From: Balanoglossus misakiensis
Lineage: Eukaryota; Animalia; Hemichordata
Direction of reading: 5' to 3'
Length of the DNA stretch: 64,000 nucleotides
NCBI GenBank assembly: GCA_040954595.2
Contig: CM082596.2
Coordinates: 3,209,139-3,273,138, forward strand
Position 1 is the stretch's first letter. Each line of letters begins with the position of its first letter. The position numbers were made by a program, and so were the translations under genes. The notes under the pieces are model-generated. The model searched no databases and was not told the origin of the DNA. It was given only the letters and a program-made list of their open reading frames with translations. Below are positions 1 to 14,360 of the stretch, piece after piece.

Positions 1-1046
1 GGTATAAATGTTGATTTATTAGAGTATATGTCTGAAATCTAGTTTGACGTCTCTGCTATAGCGGGAATAGCCCCTTTACTGTGATACTGCCAGGGCCCCA
101 GGGGGCTGGAGACATTAACCTAGATTTTATGTGGACTTCGGGGATCTTACTTTTAAACGCGTGTAGCACTGCAGCTCTATTAAATGGAAATCGACATTAA
201 GGAGAGAGAAATGCTTTCTGGCTGTCTTTCAAACGTTTTGCCACCGGTCAACAAGTAGACCAACATGTTGCTATTCAAGTGAAATTTCAATCGTGGATAT
301 ATAGTTTGCGTAAAAGTACAGTCACCCAGTTTCGGAGCGCGCGGTTTAATCGGTTGCAATCACAGCTATTCAGCAGGCATTTATAAAGCAACTTGAGTCT
401 GTGCGTAGGATATCGTTTTTCTGTAAATCACTCAGTGCTGGGATAAGGTGGCCGTAAGTTGGAAATATGCAAGTGGGACAGAGAGGGCATATATCTTTTG
501 GCTGATTTTTGTTTGCGCCACTCTGCTTTCTGGAACATGTGGGATGATATCGGCTGATTGACATCACTCCTTCATTAACCCAGATTGTTTGCTGAGGTTA
601 ATACTCCCATGAACACCCAGTCTTATAGGTTTGTTTCGCGCTCATTGGCAGGATAGAGTCTAGAGATTTGATGTGTAAAGCAGAACAGGGAAAGTATTTT
701 CTAACAAGAAACAGAAAAATGTCAGATTTGGTAGCAATTTTATTGTCTCTCAAGCAAATAATGGGTAATTGTGCCAAATTTGTATAAAATAGAATGAGTA
801 ATAAATTGAAGGGCAATGTAGACCCGGGGTTATATCAATTGATGTACCAGTTATTAGCTAAATTGGTTTGTACCCAATAAGAACATTATTTAAGTTCGAT
901 GCTGGAGGTCAGCAAGACCAAAGGGACAGTAGAAAAATCTTGTGTTTCCTTGGAGATATGCATCAGATTCCATTAACGTAGAAAGGCACACTTCTGAGAA
1001 TTATGCATGTCCGGGGGAGTTGTACATATATTGGAATCCTTGGTCT

Positions 1047-1180
1047 GAGGGGATCGTGTACCCTCAAGACTCCTGGAAAAAACATGGAAAATCGTGGAAT
1101 CTGAAATGACTTCTGGGAAGTAGTTGAAAGTCCTGGAAAAATGAATTTACTCCTGGAATTTTTCAGAAAATGTATGCAGC
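1047..1180. repeat. Degenerate repeat with recurring (t)cctggaaa/catggaaa units, possible MITE remnant
   Basis: Repeated short units ctcctggaaaa, catggaaaa, cgtggaa, tcctggaaaa, tcctggaatt. Terminal inverted repeats are not clearly resolvable. Confidence 0.3.
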
Positions 1181-4100
1181 TACGTGTAAGCGGTACCACA
1201 AAAGAAAGACCCAAGGTGTATAATTTGTGACCATAGGGGTTGTATGCCTACACATATGTGTATCAGTCTGGTGACCCCAGGGGCAGTGTTTGCAGCCATA
1301 GGGGTGATACACCTAACATGTACATTGACATTTTGTATCAAATCTGATAACCTCTGGGTTAGTGCATTTCTCTCTCGAATAACCCAGGGGGTCAGCACAC
1401 CTATTAGTGAAGAGTGACTGTAAGGGTATAGCACCCACCACATGTATTAGTCTACTTTTGCCCTAGGGGCCACACCCCTATTAGTCCGGAGTGACCCAAG
1501 AGGTGGTACATGCACATGTTAGGATTGGAGGAAATCCCAGGGCCAGTGCAATATCTGACCCTGGTTAAGTTGGTCGAAAACTTCATAGCAACATTTCATG
1601 TCACTATTAAAATGATGAAAATCGCAAAGAACTCAATACTATATATCAAAAGGGGTAAAAAATAGATTATAAATGTACTCAGATCTGTTACAGCCTGTTG
1701 ATCGAAACAGTCCAAATATGAGGCCATGAAATGTAAAGGATAATTTTTAAGTGTGTTTGGAATGGTTTTCATTTGAGCCAGAGTTACAGAACTCATTCAG
1801 GATTCTCGAAAATTCCCAGAATTTTGTACGAGAAGTGTCGGTTTCCACTTATCCCCAACTCGGTGCCGTTAAGCGAGACGTCTCAGCGGTGAAGCCAGCA
1901 CTTTAATGACTCTTACTTGATTGTGTGCAGTGCCGCACAAATAAGTGCTGTACAACCACCGCATTTGCTCTCTGAGAAAAGAAAAATACATGTACTTGTA
2001 CCCAAATAAGGTCAGTGTATGATAATATCAATTCTGCCCTGAGGTTACTGACAAGAATCTCCATTATGAAACCTATACTGTGTTCGCTCGGTTCCTGAAT
2101 TTAATTCGAAAATCCCCATATTTCCCTGAATTTCAGTTTAGTATTACAAGTCTCGGAAAACTGCCTTGCTTTCGGCTCAGACATAGATTTATAGTGATAA
2201 ATGACCTTCATATTTTTAATTTTATGAAAATTTCATGATGTGAGTAATTCTTCTAAGATATATTGTTCAAATTAATTGGCACACAGTACATGTAGGTGAC
2301 GTGCTTTGTATGATAAAGTTTCATTTGTCAGATTATGTACGTTATGAAATATGATCAGATTTCAGTGGGCATAGATAGGAATTTTCCAACCGTTTTGGCT
2401 ATATGAAAATTAGTTTTCAAACAATGTAATTTCTGTATAGTAGTGATATCTTTTTGCTGGATTTTTCGGCCACAAAAATATGGTCCAATTTTTTCTCACT
2501 CCAAAGCAGGAGAACCCTCTGCTGTTCTTTCCCATTCCAGCACTTGTCTCACCTCCTCCTGGATTGTGCCGGTTGCTTTTCAGCTCAGCTCCATCCTATC
2601 CCTGCTGAGGAAATAATGTGTAAAGATGACACTTCTGATGTGTTACGAAGTTGGTTTTGCATCTGAATGTTCTTTAAGCCACATGTGTGAAAAAAAATTA
2701 TATTCATTAGTTTGCTTTGATGAAATGTTCTGCTTTCAAAAAGAGTGTTTAATTGGAAAATTCGTGTCCGGTTGGTTGAAAAGAAGAAGGGAATAGGCCT
2801 CAGATGACGTGATTCAATACAAACTGGAAGAGTTAATTATCTCAGCAAATGGAGAGTCATGTCTCAAAAGATTGAACAATCTTTGACAAGTGAAGATGAA
2901 TTTTCTATCGCAAAATTTGAGCAATTTCACGTTACTCGTCAAAGCCCTGAGTCTGAATTATTTCTGATATTCTCCGTGACCAGTCATGAGATATTTGAAA
3001 ATGTTTTCCTTACACTCTCAAACACTGCCTTTGCAATAGACTTTTTTTTGAAAAAGTCGAAAAATTAACAAAAATAATATTGATCTACGTTGGAGAGTTC
3101 TGACGCTGTAACAATAACACCCGTGATGTTTTGACATTTTCTCCCAAGTCAGATTTACGCTCCCCAACAAACCACCCGTAACTTAATTTGAAAATAATTG
3201 AATTAGCATGCAAATGTCTGAAATTACGAAAATGTTATTACGGAAAATTTACTTGTCAGTTTAGCCATTGATTTATAATAGAGTTTTTTCGTCACTCAAT
3301 TTTCGCATGCAAAGCTCGCCTGTTTTACTCTTGTCGTTACCTTTTGTTCTTTGACTTTCATTCAACCATGAAAGAATGGTTTGATTGACACTGCTGCCAG
3401 AAAGCTTCAATTGCATTGAGTTTTTTAATTGACTGGAAATAATCAGCATCTAGGATTTCTATAATTCTTTTTGTGTGAATGACTTATAAAACGCAATCAG
3501 AAGAATGAGGGGAAAAAAATCACCTCTTGATTAAAATTAAATTAATTATTAAAGTTGAACCACAAATAAAATGACGTTTTCCTGTCATGAAGCTGCAGTT
3601 AATGAATAATTGAGCCAAGTGCAAGGATATGGGGATGCATATTTTAAGAGTTGCTGTCAAAGATATGAAATGTGCTGTAAATCAATATCCAATTTATTAA
3701 ATAACAAAGCTGGGCGTTGCTTTGAAATCGTGCGAGACATCAGGAATACTGCCACCAAGGCAGTACACCCCACATTCTTTTGTTTGTGACATTCTCCAGT
3801 CGTCTGCATTGCGCAGTGACGGGTGACTCAAAATACACAGATGTGATCACAAGCCCAGTGTAATTTTTGAATCTGAAATCAGTTGTCAGTTTTAATATAT
3901 TGAAGTAATTGAAATATAGAAACAACTTTCTCCTTCAGTGCACGTCAGATTTGGCCCCCGAAGGTCATGTACCGGTATAATGCACAGATGCGTCACAGTT
4001 CACGACTGCAAAATGGAATTGCTATATCTCTAGTGGCAAGAAAATCTAGGTTTGCGTTACACTGTAGTGTGATTGCACTTTTACTGTTTATTCTGGGTTT

Positions 4101-4768
4101 CTAATGGCTTCTTGTCATGACGTGACACCAATAATGAACTCAATTCTCGCATTGCGCATTCGCCGCACAAAAGAATTGTGCATCAGTTTTGTAAGCCACT
4201 TTTTTTCGAAACAGAACACTGCACTGTACGAGCGCAGGAATGAAAACTCTATTACAAAAAAAAATCATTTCAAATGGAGATTGCTGATCTCTCTTTTACG
4301 CTGTACGCGGAATAAAAATCAGAAATTAGGGCAGAGTTCTAATTTAATTAAAATGTTGGAACAGTAATCAGTCCTTTTGTTGTGTGGCCACACTGAATCT
4401 AAGAATTGCAATTACTTTTTTTCACAAAGTGTTCCTTATTTAAGTTGGCAGGTCAACAGATTAATGTAATATTTTTTCCAACTAAAGATAGATGTGCCTC
4501 GAGATGCCTGGTCACAATTATATAAAGTGGAGGGAAATTATGGGACCATGGCATCTGTGTTATGTTTTTGGCGTCAGAAATCTTTGGTATTGCATATAAA
4601 TTGCACATCTGTTTTCTCTTTAATGATCATGAAATAATGGTGGGCTGTGGGTGGATGGATCTAGAATTCAAACAATCAAATTTTGTCATCCTTTTTCTCC
4701 TTAAATGTGGAACGTCAATTTGTCATCCTTTCTGTAAAATCGCATCCATCACCCCTATTTCACAGTAG

Positions 4769-4810
4769 ATGGTTCTACCATACCATTGAAAAACAATACG
4801 GTAGAACCAT
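4769..4810. repeat. Short hairpin/inverted repeat
   Basis: atggttctacc (4769-4779) pairs with ggtagaaccat (4800-4810), with further imperfect pairing around an aaaaa loop. Confidence 0.6.
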
Positions 4811-5780
4811 GTTGTAGTGGTGGGTGGGTTAAGTGTAGGAATACATCTTCAGTTTTGAGGAGGTAAAAAATCCATATTGTAATGTATTCTCGGCTCCGTC
4901 ATTTAATTTGTTTTGACAAAAATTTCTAGAATGGCAGTTACACAGTCTGCAAAACAGATCAATATATTGATTCTCTTCACAAAGGAATTGAATCCTAAAA
5001 TTAATACATAATATAAAAATAAAATGGGTTTTTAGAATATTTGTAGATTTTAATATTTTTGCATACAGGTCAGGATTGAAAATGGCCTGATCAATTTATA
5101 GACAAATGTAGGATATGCAGGCATAATGTGATAAAAGAATTGCTAAAAATATATGCTATAGCAGTTTTTATCAATTTTTTTTTTTTTTTTTAAATAGGCT
5201 ATCTATTGTATTTCTGCTCACTGAGCAAATGCATCGTAGTTTCGAAAATGAGGTCTTGAAATTGGCAATTAAATTTTGAAATTCATCAGAAATGCTGGCT
5301 GTTCACCAAACTGATTGGGTGATAAAGCGGGACTTGTCAACTCTGATACTGCATTTGATGTGTTTCTTTTAAGAGGGTGATGTCTTTGTTAAGAATTGAT
5401 GCAACAGATGTATGCCACTGGGACTTGTAAGCTTTTATTGTGAGTGTGCTATCTGATAAAAAAGGTGTTTAAAGTCACAAATGATGAAAAGCGCCTGTAC
5501 ATTCAGCCGTGAAGTGTGAGTTCTTAAATACAGTCACTGGAAAACACTAGTGTGACCTCATGAACAGGCCTAAAAAACCTATTTTCATGATCTGTGAAAC
5601 GTGTAGGAGTCGGTGTAAAATTTCCCGTTGCTCAGATCCCAGTTTCACCTATGATTCATACATACAACGTATCTAAAGGTCAAATTTCTCTTTTTTTCAT
5701 ACAGGACTTAGAGGCACATCAGGTCTTAATGTAATCTGAACCGAAGAAGAAGAAAAAAAGCTCATCCGAGAAGAGTCGCC

Positions 5781-7997
5781 ATGGAGACGAACACTGCCAA
5801 TCAAGCGAGTAATAAGTCAACTGGGAGTAATGAGGAAATGAAGATCTCTGTGGGACGTGAGGAATTGAAACAGACCGTGTGTCTGCTGGCCTGCAGTCTC
5901 GGCGAGAGTGAAGTCAACAAAAAAGATGAAGCCATACTTGACGCTATTCACAGACTTAATCGTATTATAACTCAGGGAGACAAAATGATTCAGTTTGCTT
6001 CACCGTCCCAGCCGGGGCCTTCACCTCAAGAGAGCGACGGGCCGAAGCCGGAGACCGACGTCCCAACGGACAGTCCGATGAGCGACATGACAGCCGACGA
6101 GTTGTCAGGGCAACTGCAGAATCCCGCCCGTCCTGGGGTCACTATGGTAACCAAAAACGGAGAGATAATGGAGGAGATGCTTCTGGAATGCTATAATGGA
6201 TCGGACGACACCGACTTGGAGGACTATTATGGGGTACAACCTGAGAGTCGGGAGAGTCTGACGGCGCAACAGAGCAAGCTGTCACACAGCATCAACTTGC
6301 CACCGACTATGAGTAACGGCATCGGATTGACAAGGGGAATGGTGAGCGGGATCATGCATCCCCTCAAGATGTCCAGCCTGTCACGGAGGAAACACGAGAG
6401 ACAGACTTTCACGTGTTACAAGTGCAAGGAGAGGATTGTCTGCGTGACAAACTTTGAGAAGCACATGATGGAGGCTCACAACATCGGAAAGCCCTGGGAG
6501 TGTCGCTTCTGTCCCGGTAGGCGCTTCCACCGACTCATTCTGCTGGAGCACCACTACAACACCATGCACAAGAACAATGGGGAGGGGCGTCGCAAGTACA
6601 CCCAGAGGCAGTTCATTTGCGACGTCTGCCACGAGGTCGTCACGTACGTGTCCAAGTTCGAGGCCCACATGCTGGAGAAGCACGGCGTACGGAAGCCGTG
6701 GAGGTGCGATCAGTGCGTGAACTACGCGGCCGCCACCTACCACCTCTACATGTGGCACGTCCAACAGTACCACCCGAACATCACCAAGCACCACCTGGAG
6801 ATCAGCACCGTGGTGAACAACACCGTCAACATCAACAGTACTGGACCTCAGAGCCTGGTCGCCGCCGCCCCCGTGCTGGTCCCGCAGCGTCCCACCCTCC
6901 CCGTCACCCTGCCGGCCAACCAGCCGCGCAGTGTCGAAAGTGAAGCCAAGAACACCGAAGAAGCCGTGATGAAGAGTGCAGACAACATGCCTGGCAGTGC
7001 ATCGTTGGAAACAGTTTCCGGAGAAGAAAAGGGGTCAGAGATCAAAGATGCTAAAGTCGTGCTTGCGGAGCCAGTGCTGCTTGCAGCCTCAGTGGCTCAA
7101 CCACAGGTTCCTCAGGATGAGGAAAAGAATGACGGCGAAGAAGATGAAGAAGAAGACGAAGAAGATGAGGGTGAAGGCGAACTGATGATTGCTGAAGATA
7201 AAGAGATGGATTTTGCAGACCCAGAGAGACCAGATGATGAGATGCCCATGATGAAAACCGAGGCAACAGAGACTTCCATGCCACAGAGTCAGAGTCTTGA
7301 AAAGATTGAACTGAATGAATGCAGTCCGCAAAACCTGGTTGTCAAACGGGAACCCAACTGGGAGGATGAAGCCAGCGAGGACTCTGGTTGCCAGGGGGAG
7401 GAAAATAACCCCGGCGACGGGGCTAATGGCAACCACGCGGTGCCGAGAAGAAGCTCGGTGGAGCTGGAGATGGAGGACAGTCAAGACGAGAACCGGATGG
7501 CGTTCATGCCGAACTACCCGCGGAAGTACACCATACGGCGGTTCATCTGTGAACTGTGCGGCGTGGAGATCCGACACACGGCCAAGTACGAGCGTCACAT
7601 GTTCGAGATGCACAACGTCACCATGCCCTACAAGTGTAACAAGTGCTCAGGGAAACGCTTCATGAGGCTCATCCAGCTGCAGGTGCACGAGGACAAGATG
7701 CACAGCCACAAACCGGTGGAGACGCGCCGCAAGTGGACGCAGCGCCAGTTCCAGTGCCCCATCTGCCGCGAGAAGATCACCTACGTGGCCAAGTACCAGC
7801 AGCACATGATCCTGGAGCACGGCGTCATGCGCATGTTCGACTGTCGCGTCTGCGGCCACGCCATGGGACACTATCACCAGTACCAGGATCACATGAGAAC
7901 ATATCATCCCAACGCCAGCGTCCGTCACTACTCGGAGACAGAGTCGCTCACTAACAGCGGCAGTGCTACGGGTCAAAATAGCGACGATGGCACTTAA
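5781..7997 (+). CDS. C2H2 zinc-finger protein, 738 aa, single coding exon, two clusters of four fingers separated by an acidic/low-complexity linker
   Basis: Long ORF with eight CxxC...HxxxxH fingers (e.g. FTCYKC...HMMEAH, FICDVC...HMLEKH, FQCPIC...HMILEH). Kozak-like gccATGg. Upstream splice acceptor (tttttttcatacag, ~5704) implies a 5' UTR intron. Confidence 0.9.
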   Translation: METNTANQASNKSTGSNEEMKISVGREELKQTVCLLACSLGESEVNKKDEAILDAIHRLNRIITQGDKMIQFASPSQPGPSPQESDGPKPETDVPTDSPMSDMTADELSGQLQNPARPGVTMVTKNGEIMEEMLLECYNGSDDTDLEDYYGVQPESRESLTAQQSKLSHSINLPPTMSNGIGLTRGMVSGIMHPLKMSSLSRRKHERQTFTCYKCKERIVCVTNFEKHMMEAHNIGKPWECRFCPGRRFHRLILLEHHYNTMHKNNGEGRRKYTQRQFICDVCHEVVTYVSKFEAHMLEKHGVRKPWRCDQCVNYAAATYHLYMWHVQQYHPNITKHHLEISTVVNNTVNINSTGPQSLVAAAPVLVPQRPTLPVTLPANQPRSVESEAKNTEEAVMKSADNMPGSASLETVSGEEKGSEIKDAKVVLAEPVLLAASVAQPQVPQDEEKNDGEEDEEEDEEDEGEGELMIAEDKEMDFADPERPDDEMPMMKTEATETSMPQSQSLEKIELNECSPQNLVVKREPNWEDEASEDSGCQGEENNPGDGANGNHAVPRRSSVELEMEDSQDENRMAFMPNYPRKYTIRRFICELCGVEIRHTAKYERHMFEMHNVTMPYKCNKCSGKRFMRLIQLQVHEDKMHSHKPVETRRKWTQRQFQCPICREKITYVAKYQQHMILEHGVMRMFDCRVCGHAMGHYHQYQDHMRTYHPNASVRHYSETESLTNSGSATGQNSDDGT

Positions 7998-10900
7998 ATC
8001 GAAAATCAAGCAAGGAAGTAGAAACCAAGAAAATATCTCAAAACTCCAAAAATTTAAAACCGAACACAAATAGTTGCATATCAGACAAATATTGAACTTT
8101 TATGGTATTCTGGTTTTTTTTATCTGAGAACATTTTCCTATGCTGCAGACACTGGATTATAACAGTATGGCCACAGCATCTTGTATATGAGAATTATATT
8201 TTGTCAAAACCTCGCATTCAGGTGGAATTATTTATAGAGGTCGAGGGCAATATTTAAGACCAAAAGTCAGACTGAGTGCATTCTCAATTTTGTCACAGGT
8301 TCTGAACATCTCATAGGCCAGTGTCTGATGGCAGACATTAACAGGTTTGTCCCCCAAGTGGCCTATTTCAGATAGATTGGACTTCTTGTGGCTGATCAGG
8401 AGAAATTAACTCTTCCTTCTCATAAAAAAACAAGAGAAACCTGGTGAAGTGGATAGATCACTGATCAAAAAACTTATTATTAAGTTTTCATATTTTGCCC
8501 AATTAATTACCCTCATGGAAAAGAGTACCCATGCAAGTGTGGTTGGTGATGATGTGGTTTCCATCAAATATGCCATGAAGGTGTTTTACGATCAGGTCTG
8601 TTCATCATGCACTCTGTATGATAAACATTGTCACGTTTCATATTATTTAATACTTCTGTGAAGTTTATTTCCTTGCAGAATCATTTTGACCTTTTCCACA
8701 CAAACCTTTGACCCATAAAAAAGACCTCTTCCTTTTATTTTTGGTAAAATCCTACTTTCAGAGTTTTTTCATAATTTATCACATTTGTTTTATACTTTTA
8801 TCTTTCAATTCTTGTAACCAAGATTTGAAATTTAATTACAGAATAATTTACGAACTGTTGGCGCAATTATAAATCCTATGTTTTCTGATCCCAATTTTCA
8901 AAACATGCTGCACTTTCACAGTCATTTGGATTCTTTCAGTCCACATTTGTCTTCTTTTTCGGAAAAAAAAGTCTTCTATTATAATCGTAGCGGTAAATTG
9001 TAGCGTGAATAGTCAATTTGAACCGTGTGAGTGTGAAAAGCTGGATTGTCGTGATTTCAGTAGAGCAGTGTCAATGAAGTTACATGGACAAATCTTTGAT
9101 GTTTTACTCGTAAAAAAGTACTATTAGTGTTTTGTCTGTATCAGTAGGGATAGTGTGCCACTTTCTCGCGGCACAGAATTATGTAAACCACACCGCATTT
9201 AGTCTGGAATGTTTAATTAACCCTGTGAATTGCCATTGGTTCAATTTAATCATGTGGTCTCCAAGTCTGTATTCTGATTGGTGTGTTACTTGAATGTGTT
9301 AATTAGACACTGTAATCTCTAGCATCTTATTGGCCAGATCCATAACGACATATAAGGTGTGATAAAATATAAGATGTATATTTCCTAAGACAGGAGTTTG
9401 TGTGATATTTAACTCCTTGACTAAATTTACCTCAGTTTTCCACAAAAAAGAGAGAGATGGAGACAGTACTTTCTTCATCTATTTATATGTCTATCTTTAT
9501 GTTCATAATATCACTATGAACAATAGATGTTTTAAGTCTATATAGTCTTTCAAATATTTAATCTTAGATATCTATACATTTTGTGACTTTTGTAACGTGT
9601 TCATATACTGGTATATCCCAAGGTTTGTTCCTAGAGAAATATTACCGCACCTTTGTGTTGTACAGCTTGTTTTGTAAAGGACTCTGCTTTTGCGGTATTT
9701 CTTTTTTTCGGGACTGCATCATTACACGTGCATTGCAGCTGAGCTTTGAGTTTTTCTGATGATTGGGAACAGACGGATGTTCGGTCACATATGTCCTCTC
9801 ATGATTTATGGTGTTTTCATGTAGACATTGGCTCATCAGACAGCTGTTATCTGTTCCTAAAAGCATACAATTTTCAGACAGAATCACTCGTAAAAGTTTA
9901 TACTTTAGTGAGGGTGGCATGACATCATGCGCCTTTTGTCTGTGTTCATGTTTCAAGGCAGAGATCTGTAGTTCTGTATCCAGACAGTTGATAGTATCTA
10001 TCAGTGATTGGTCGAGAACCACCACAAAATTTACAGGCATGTATCTATCTGTGATTGGTGAAGAACTGTCACATGGCATATCACCATGACGATATATGCA
10101 TGTCAGTATGGTCCATTCACAGTTTCAAACATGTGCACTGTGAACAAAACTTTAATATAACTGTGAAATTCATGTATGTAATTCTACCTTTTACATATGA
10201 GAAACCAAAAGGAATGTTCAGAGCTCAGCTACAACTGCACTTAGGGTTTAATTAATACCTGGCCTGATGGGTAGGGGCCCAGGTCTTGAGTACTGTATCA
10301 CAGGGACCTATCTAACATGCTTCTTATACCCTGCCCCCAAACAGTGACAAACACAACACTTATGAATAGACTGTGACTTATTAGATCTATTGATATGAAT
10401 GTGGAAAAGGAAAGGTATTTCATGGAAAGCCTTGACATTTCCTCCTACAAAATATTTGAAATTGTAACCCGATGAACCTGCATAATATTTATTACAGTTG
10501 ATGAATCTGTTCATGGGTCACCTAGAGAAATGGGTTTATAGTCATCACGATTAACATGTCAAGTTGGATTTGCATTCATGGCAAGATATCTCGCTTGTGA
10601 TGATAGGGATCTAATAATATTGTAAATCACGAGTCACTTTTATATTAAAAAGTGTCGCGTTTGTCACGTTTGGTGGTGCGTTCCCACAAATCAAACTGCA
10701 GACTCCACGGCCCTCGTTTTCTAGCAGATTGGCAAGCCGAGTGGAAAATAACTTTCGTCCAAAAAATGCTGGCATTAGCTGTATTGCAAGGCGATGGTGA
10801 ATTTGATAAGTGATGATCTCTTGACAGGGGGCAATAATTCTTACTACATAAGGGGGAGGTTTCACTGCAGTCAGAGAGATCTATGTCATCGGAGGTTTTT

Positions 10901-13900
10901 TTGTGACCTCTTGCAAAACAGTGGGTTGTCTCCATCTTTGTAATGATTCATAAAACACACAACCATAGCATAGGAGATGATAAATTTAGATATAAAAAAC
11001 ATTACATTGCTCTGACGAAAGTAAGAAAATTTTATCTTAATTTTCCACCCAGTTGTCTGGTGTCTCAATTCAAGAGATATTTTAAATGTGTTTTCTGTTG
11101 TGATAATAGCTTTGCGAACAAAATGGTATCGTAGTCAGATAGCGTTGTTAATGAGCACAGTTTACAGCCACATAAATCTTGCCCTGTTGCCATGGCAGCA
11201 AGTGCAGTATCTTTGTGCGTGGGTTAATGGTTGTGTTAACTGTATGTGGAAAGTCTTGAGGAAAAGAAGTTGTCTTATGCTGCAACATGATTTAGATTTG
11301 GGGCATGCCAACCCCTGTTGTAATGATTTAGAGCAGATGAATTTTGCAGAGCACCTTTGAAGAAAATCAGTCATCCATATTTCTTCCGGCTAGGATATTA
11401 AAATGGTTCAAACAAATTGCAGAATAGAAATTCTATAAATACATGACATAAGGTCATGTTCTTTGCTGGATAGATACAATTGCCATTTTTCATGAAATGA
11501 ACCTGTTTTCACCCATCGCACATACATACTGTGCTTGCTGTCTCTCACATTGAAATAAAAAAATAATAATAAAAAAACACCCTGAATGTACAGTTAATTA
11601 GTAACCATTGTCTTTGCCATCAAGTTGATGTATTTATTTAATTACTGAGTGTAATGTAATTGATGTTGGCAGTATATATGTTATTGTACAAAACACAACT
11701 AAGTTATTGAAAAATTTAATAGATATAGAACCAAGAGTCTGTTATTGTCAAATTTTAATTTACATTTTGTACTAGTGCCATGTATTTTAACAATATTTAT
11801 AACTCAATTTATACTTATAGTGGTTGGACTATTTATTTGATATTTATATGGTTTCTTCAATGTTTTAGGACCATTTATTCTGTCTCACTTCATATATATA
11901 CTGGTACATAACCAAGAATGCCATATGTAAAGCTGCATTGACTGTATACAGTACATACTTGAGTTTGCTTTGTGTAATCTTTCAAAAGCGTTTTTAAGGT
12001 CCTTATTTCAGTGATGCATAGAATGATCTGTGCGCATCTTCCATGAACCTTTGTGTGGATTCCAAGCCTGTGGGATTGTGTACTTTTCCGAGTGGCATGC
12101 TTCTTCTCACTTCAGTGGGAAAGAAATCATGCGGAAAAATCGCTGGAGTTAGGTGATGTGTACACGCGAGCAGTCTGGATCGAGGGCATGGTGAACTTGT
12201 CAAACATTCTGATTTCTTGCATGATTGATGGCCGTAGGAAATGAAAGTGGCCGTAGTGACTTTTAAATTGGAAAGAGTTAGTGGCGTGGAACGAATTTTG
12301 TTTTCCATCAAGGGAGGATGATGGCAATCGAAGCTTCAGAGGCACAATATTCGATTAGAAAACAGAAAGTAGGTGGCCACTGCAACAGGCAATGTATATG
12401 ATTGTGCTTGACTTGTTAGAACTGTTTCACCACCCTCTTTTGGTCTCTGGTTTGAAGTTTAGAACTGGGCCTCTCAGATCATTCGGATGCCTTCTTAGAA
12501 TTTAGCAAGACATGGCTTGGAACTCCAAAGGTTCATGAGAAGTCTAACTTTGCAGATAAAGACAGGAAAGCTTAGTTTTATTCCCAGTGTAATGTACAGA
12601 ATGCCATGGCAGTTTTGGGCTGTTGCAACTATCTTTCACATACATGTATCTGTGGTAAAAAAGCTCACTGTTTGTATTTATCTACCAGATGGGATTGATG
12701 AATGTCCACGAGATAAATTCAAGAAATCCTTAACCCCAGGAAAAAAATCATAAAATACTTTAACAGCACGTTTTTGTGAGAGTTCAACTATACTGGTTAC
12801 CACTGTGCGTGGTATTTGCCAACTTTAAATCTCATTAATCAGAGACAAGAGGTAAAACATACCCATAAATTGCACATCTCGAAACATTTTTGACTGCATA
12901 TTTTGTATGATTTATAGTAATACAAAAATGTATCTGTTCAAGTTATTCATGTGAAGTCTTAAACACATTTCCATGCAGACAGAACACTTTGAAATTTGAA
13001 GTTAAGTCTGGAAAATTCAGATTGACACCACTTGCTGTGATTTTCTTGCTTGTAATGTGAAAGATGATGCAACAGCCCAGATTCTGTGTCTCATTAAGTA
13101 ACTTAGAGTAATACATGTGCCTATTGCAAAGTCAAGTCCATTAGATTGCAATAGGCACATGTGAATACTCACAGAACGTGCATTCTTGTGAGCATTATCG
13201 CGTCTTTGAGAACACCACAAAATGTATACATTATGCTGCTTTTTAATGTTTTAAAATGAGTAGTACTTTCTGAGAACAACTCCTTCCACCAGTCGGAATC
13301 TTTTTACAAATTCTCTTGCGGTCTGATTGACAAAGCCCCTGGACTCTGTGATTTTGATGCAATAACAGGTTCTGTTATTAGCAAAGTTTCATTTAAACAA
13401 TGAATTGACTTTTTCACTTTAGCAGTATAGAATATAAGAATCTCCATGATATTCTCATCCCCCTCAGATATACAGTGTTCACCAAAGCAACCATGATAAT
13501 TATTGCCTGAGCCACGATTATTATGTGGCTATGCAGCTCAGGTGCAGGGAGAAGTTTGCTTTGGAAGCCTTGATCCACAGATTACAAAAATAACCGTCCA
13601 TCACAAGAAAAAGAATCAGTTAAAGTCAAAATTTCAGAGTATCGTCTCACTAGAATTGAGCATCATATTCTTCAGGGGCTCTTTATATTTTTTTTCTGTC
13701 CAGAGTGAGAAACAAGTTTGCAGGAATGGAAGTTTTGTCAAACAGATTATAGATGTTTTAGTAGTTCTAGAGCTTCCAACTATATTTATTTGATGTGTTT
13801 TGTAATTTGGTAACAAACGTATCATTTACCAGAATTGACTGCGAGATAATATTATACCAGATAATTCATGGGTCTTTCCATATCACTCTGTCATTTTGAA

Positions 13901-14039
13901 CTGATTAGTCAAATCATCCTTTAATATTTGGAACAGTCTTTAAGTCCCTGTTTCATCACATCAGCCCAGAAAATCCTGACTGTATCCATTACATGTATTT
14001 TTTTTTAAGTTTAAAAGTTTTTCTCTGCTTCCAGATTAA

Positions 14040-14096
14040 GCATCGCCCTCTAGAGTCAAGTTCGTATTTGTAAGTGTGTCCTCTAGAGGGCGATGC
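14040..14096. repeat. Perfect 16-bp inverted repeat, 25-nt spacer
   Basis: gcatcgccctctagag (14040-14055) / ctctagagggcgatgc (14081-14096). Confidence 0.8.
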
Positions 14097-14360
14097 CATG
14101 TTCAGTGCATTCGCTTCCAAGTTTTGTTACCTTAATACATGAAGTTGAAATTTCCCAAACTCATACATGAAGATATTTTTATTCAGTTGTTTTCTTTTAT
14201 GTTTGTATTTCACATCAGATTGATTTCCTGTCAACCGTCAGCATGATGAATGTTGTGACTAGTTGATTGTGCAATTTCTACTTTCGATTACATGCATTGT
14301 CAAGTATGGATGGATTTTTATCAATAAACAAACTCAGTATACACCACACAAAAATCTATT

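Noticed and set aside
8000-14000. Short ORFs downstream of the zinc-finger gene
   Set aside because: No codon bias, motifs or exon chain; AT-rich with AATAAA (~11554) and ATTTA elements, consistent with long 3' UTR or intergenic DNA.
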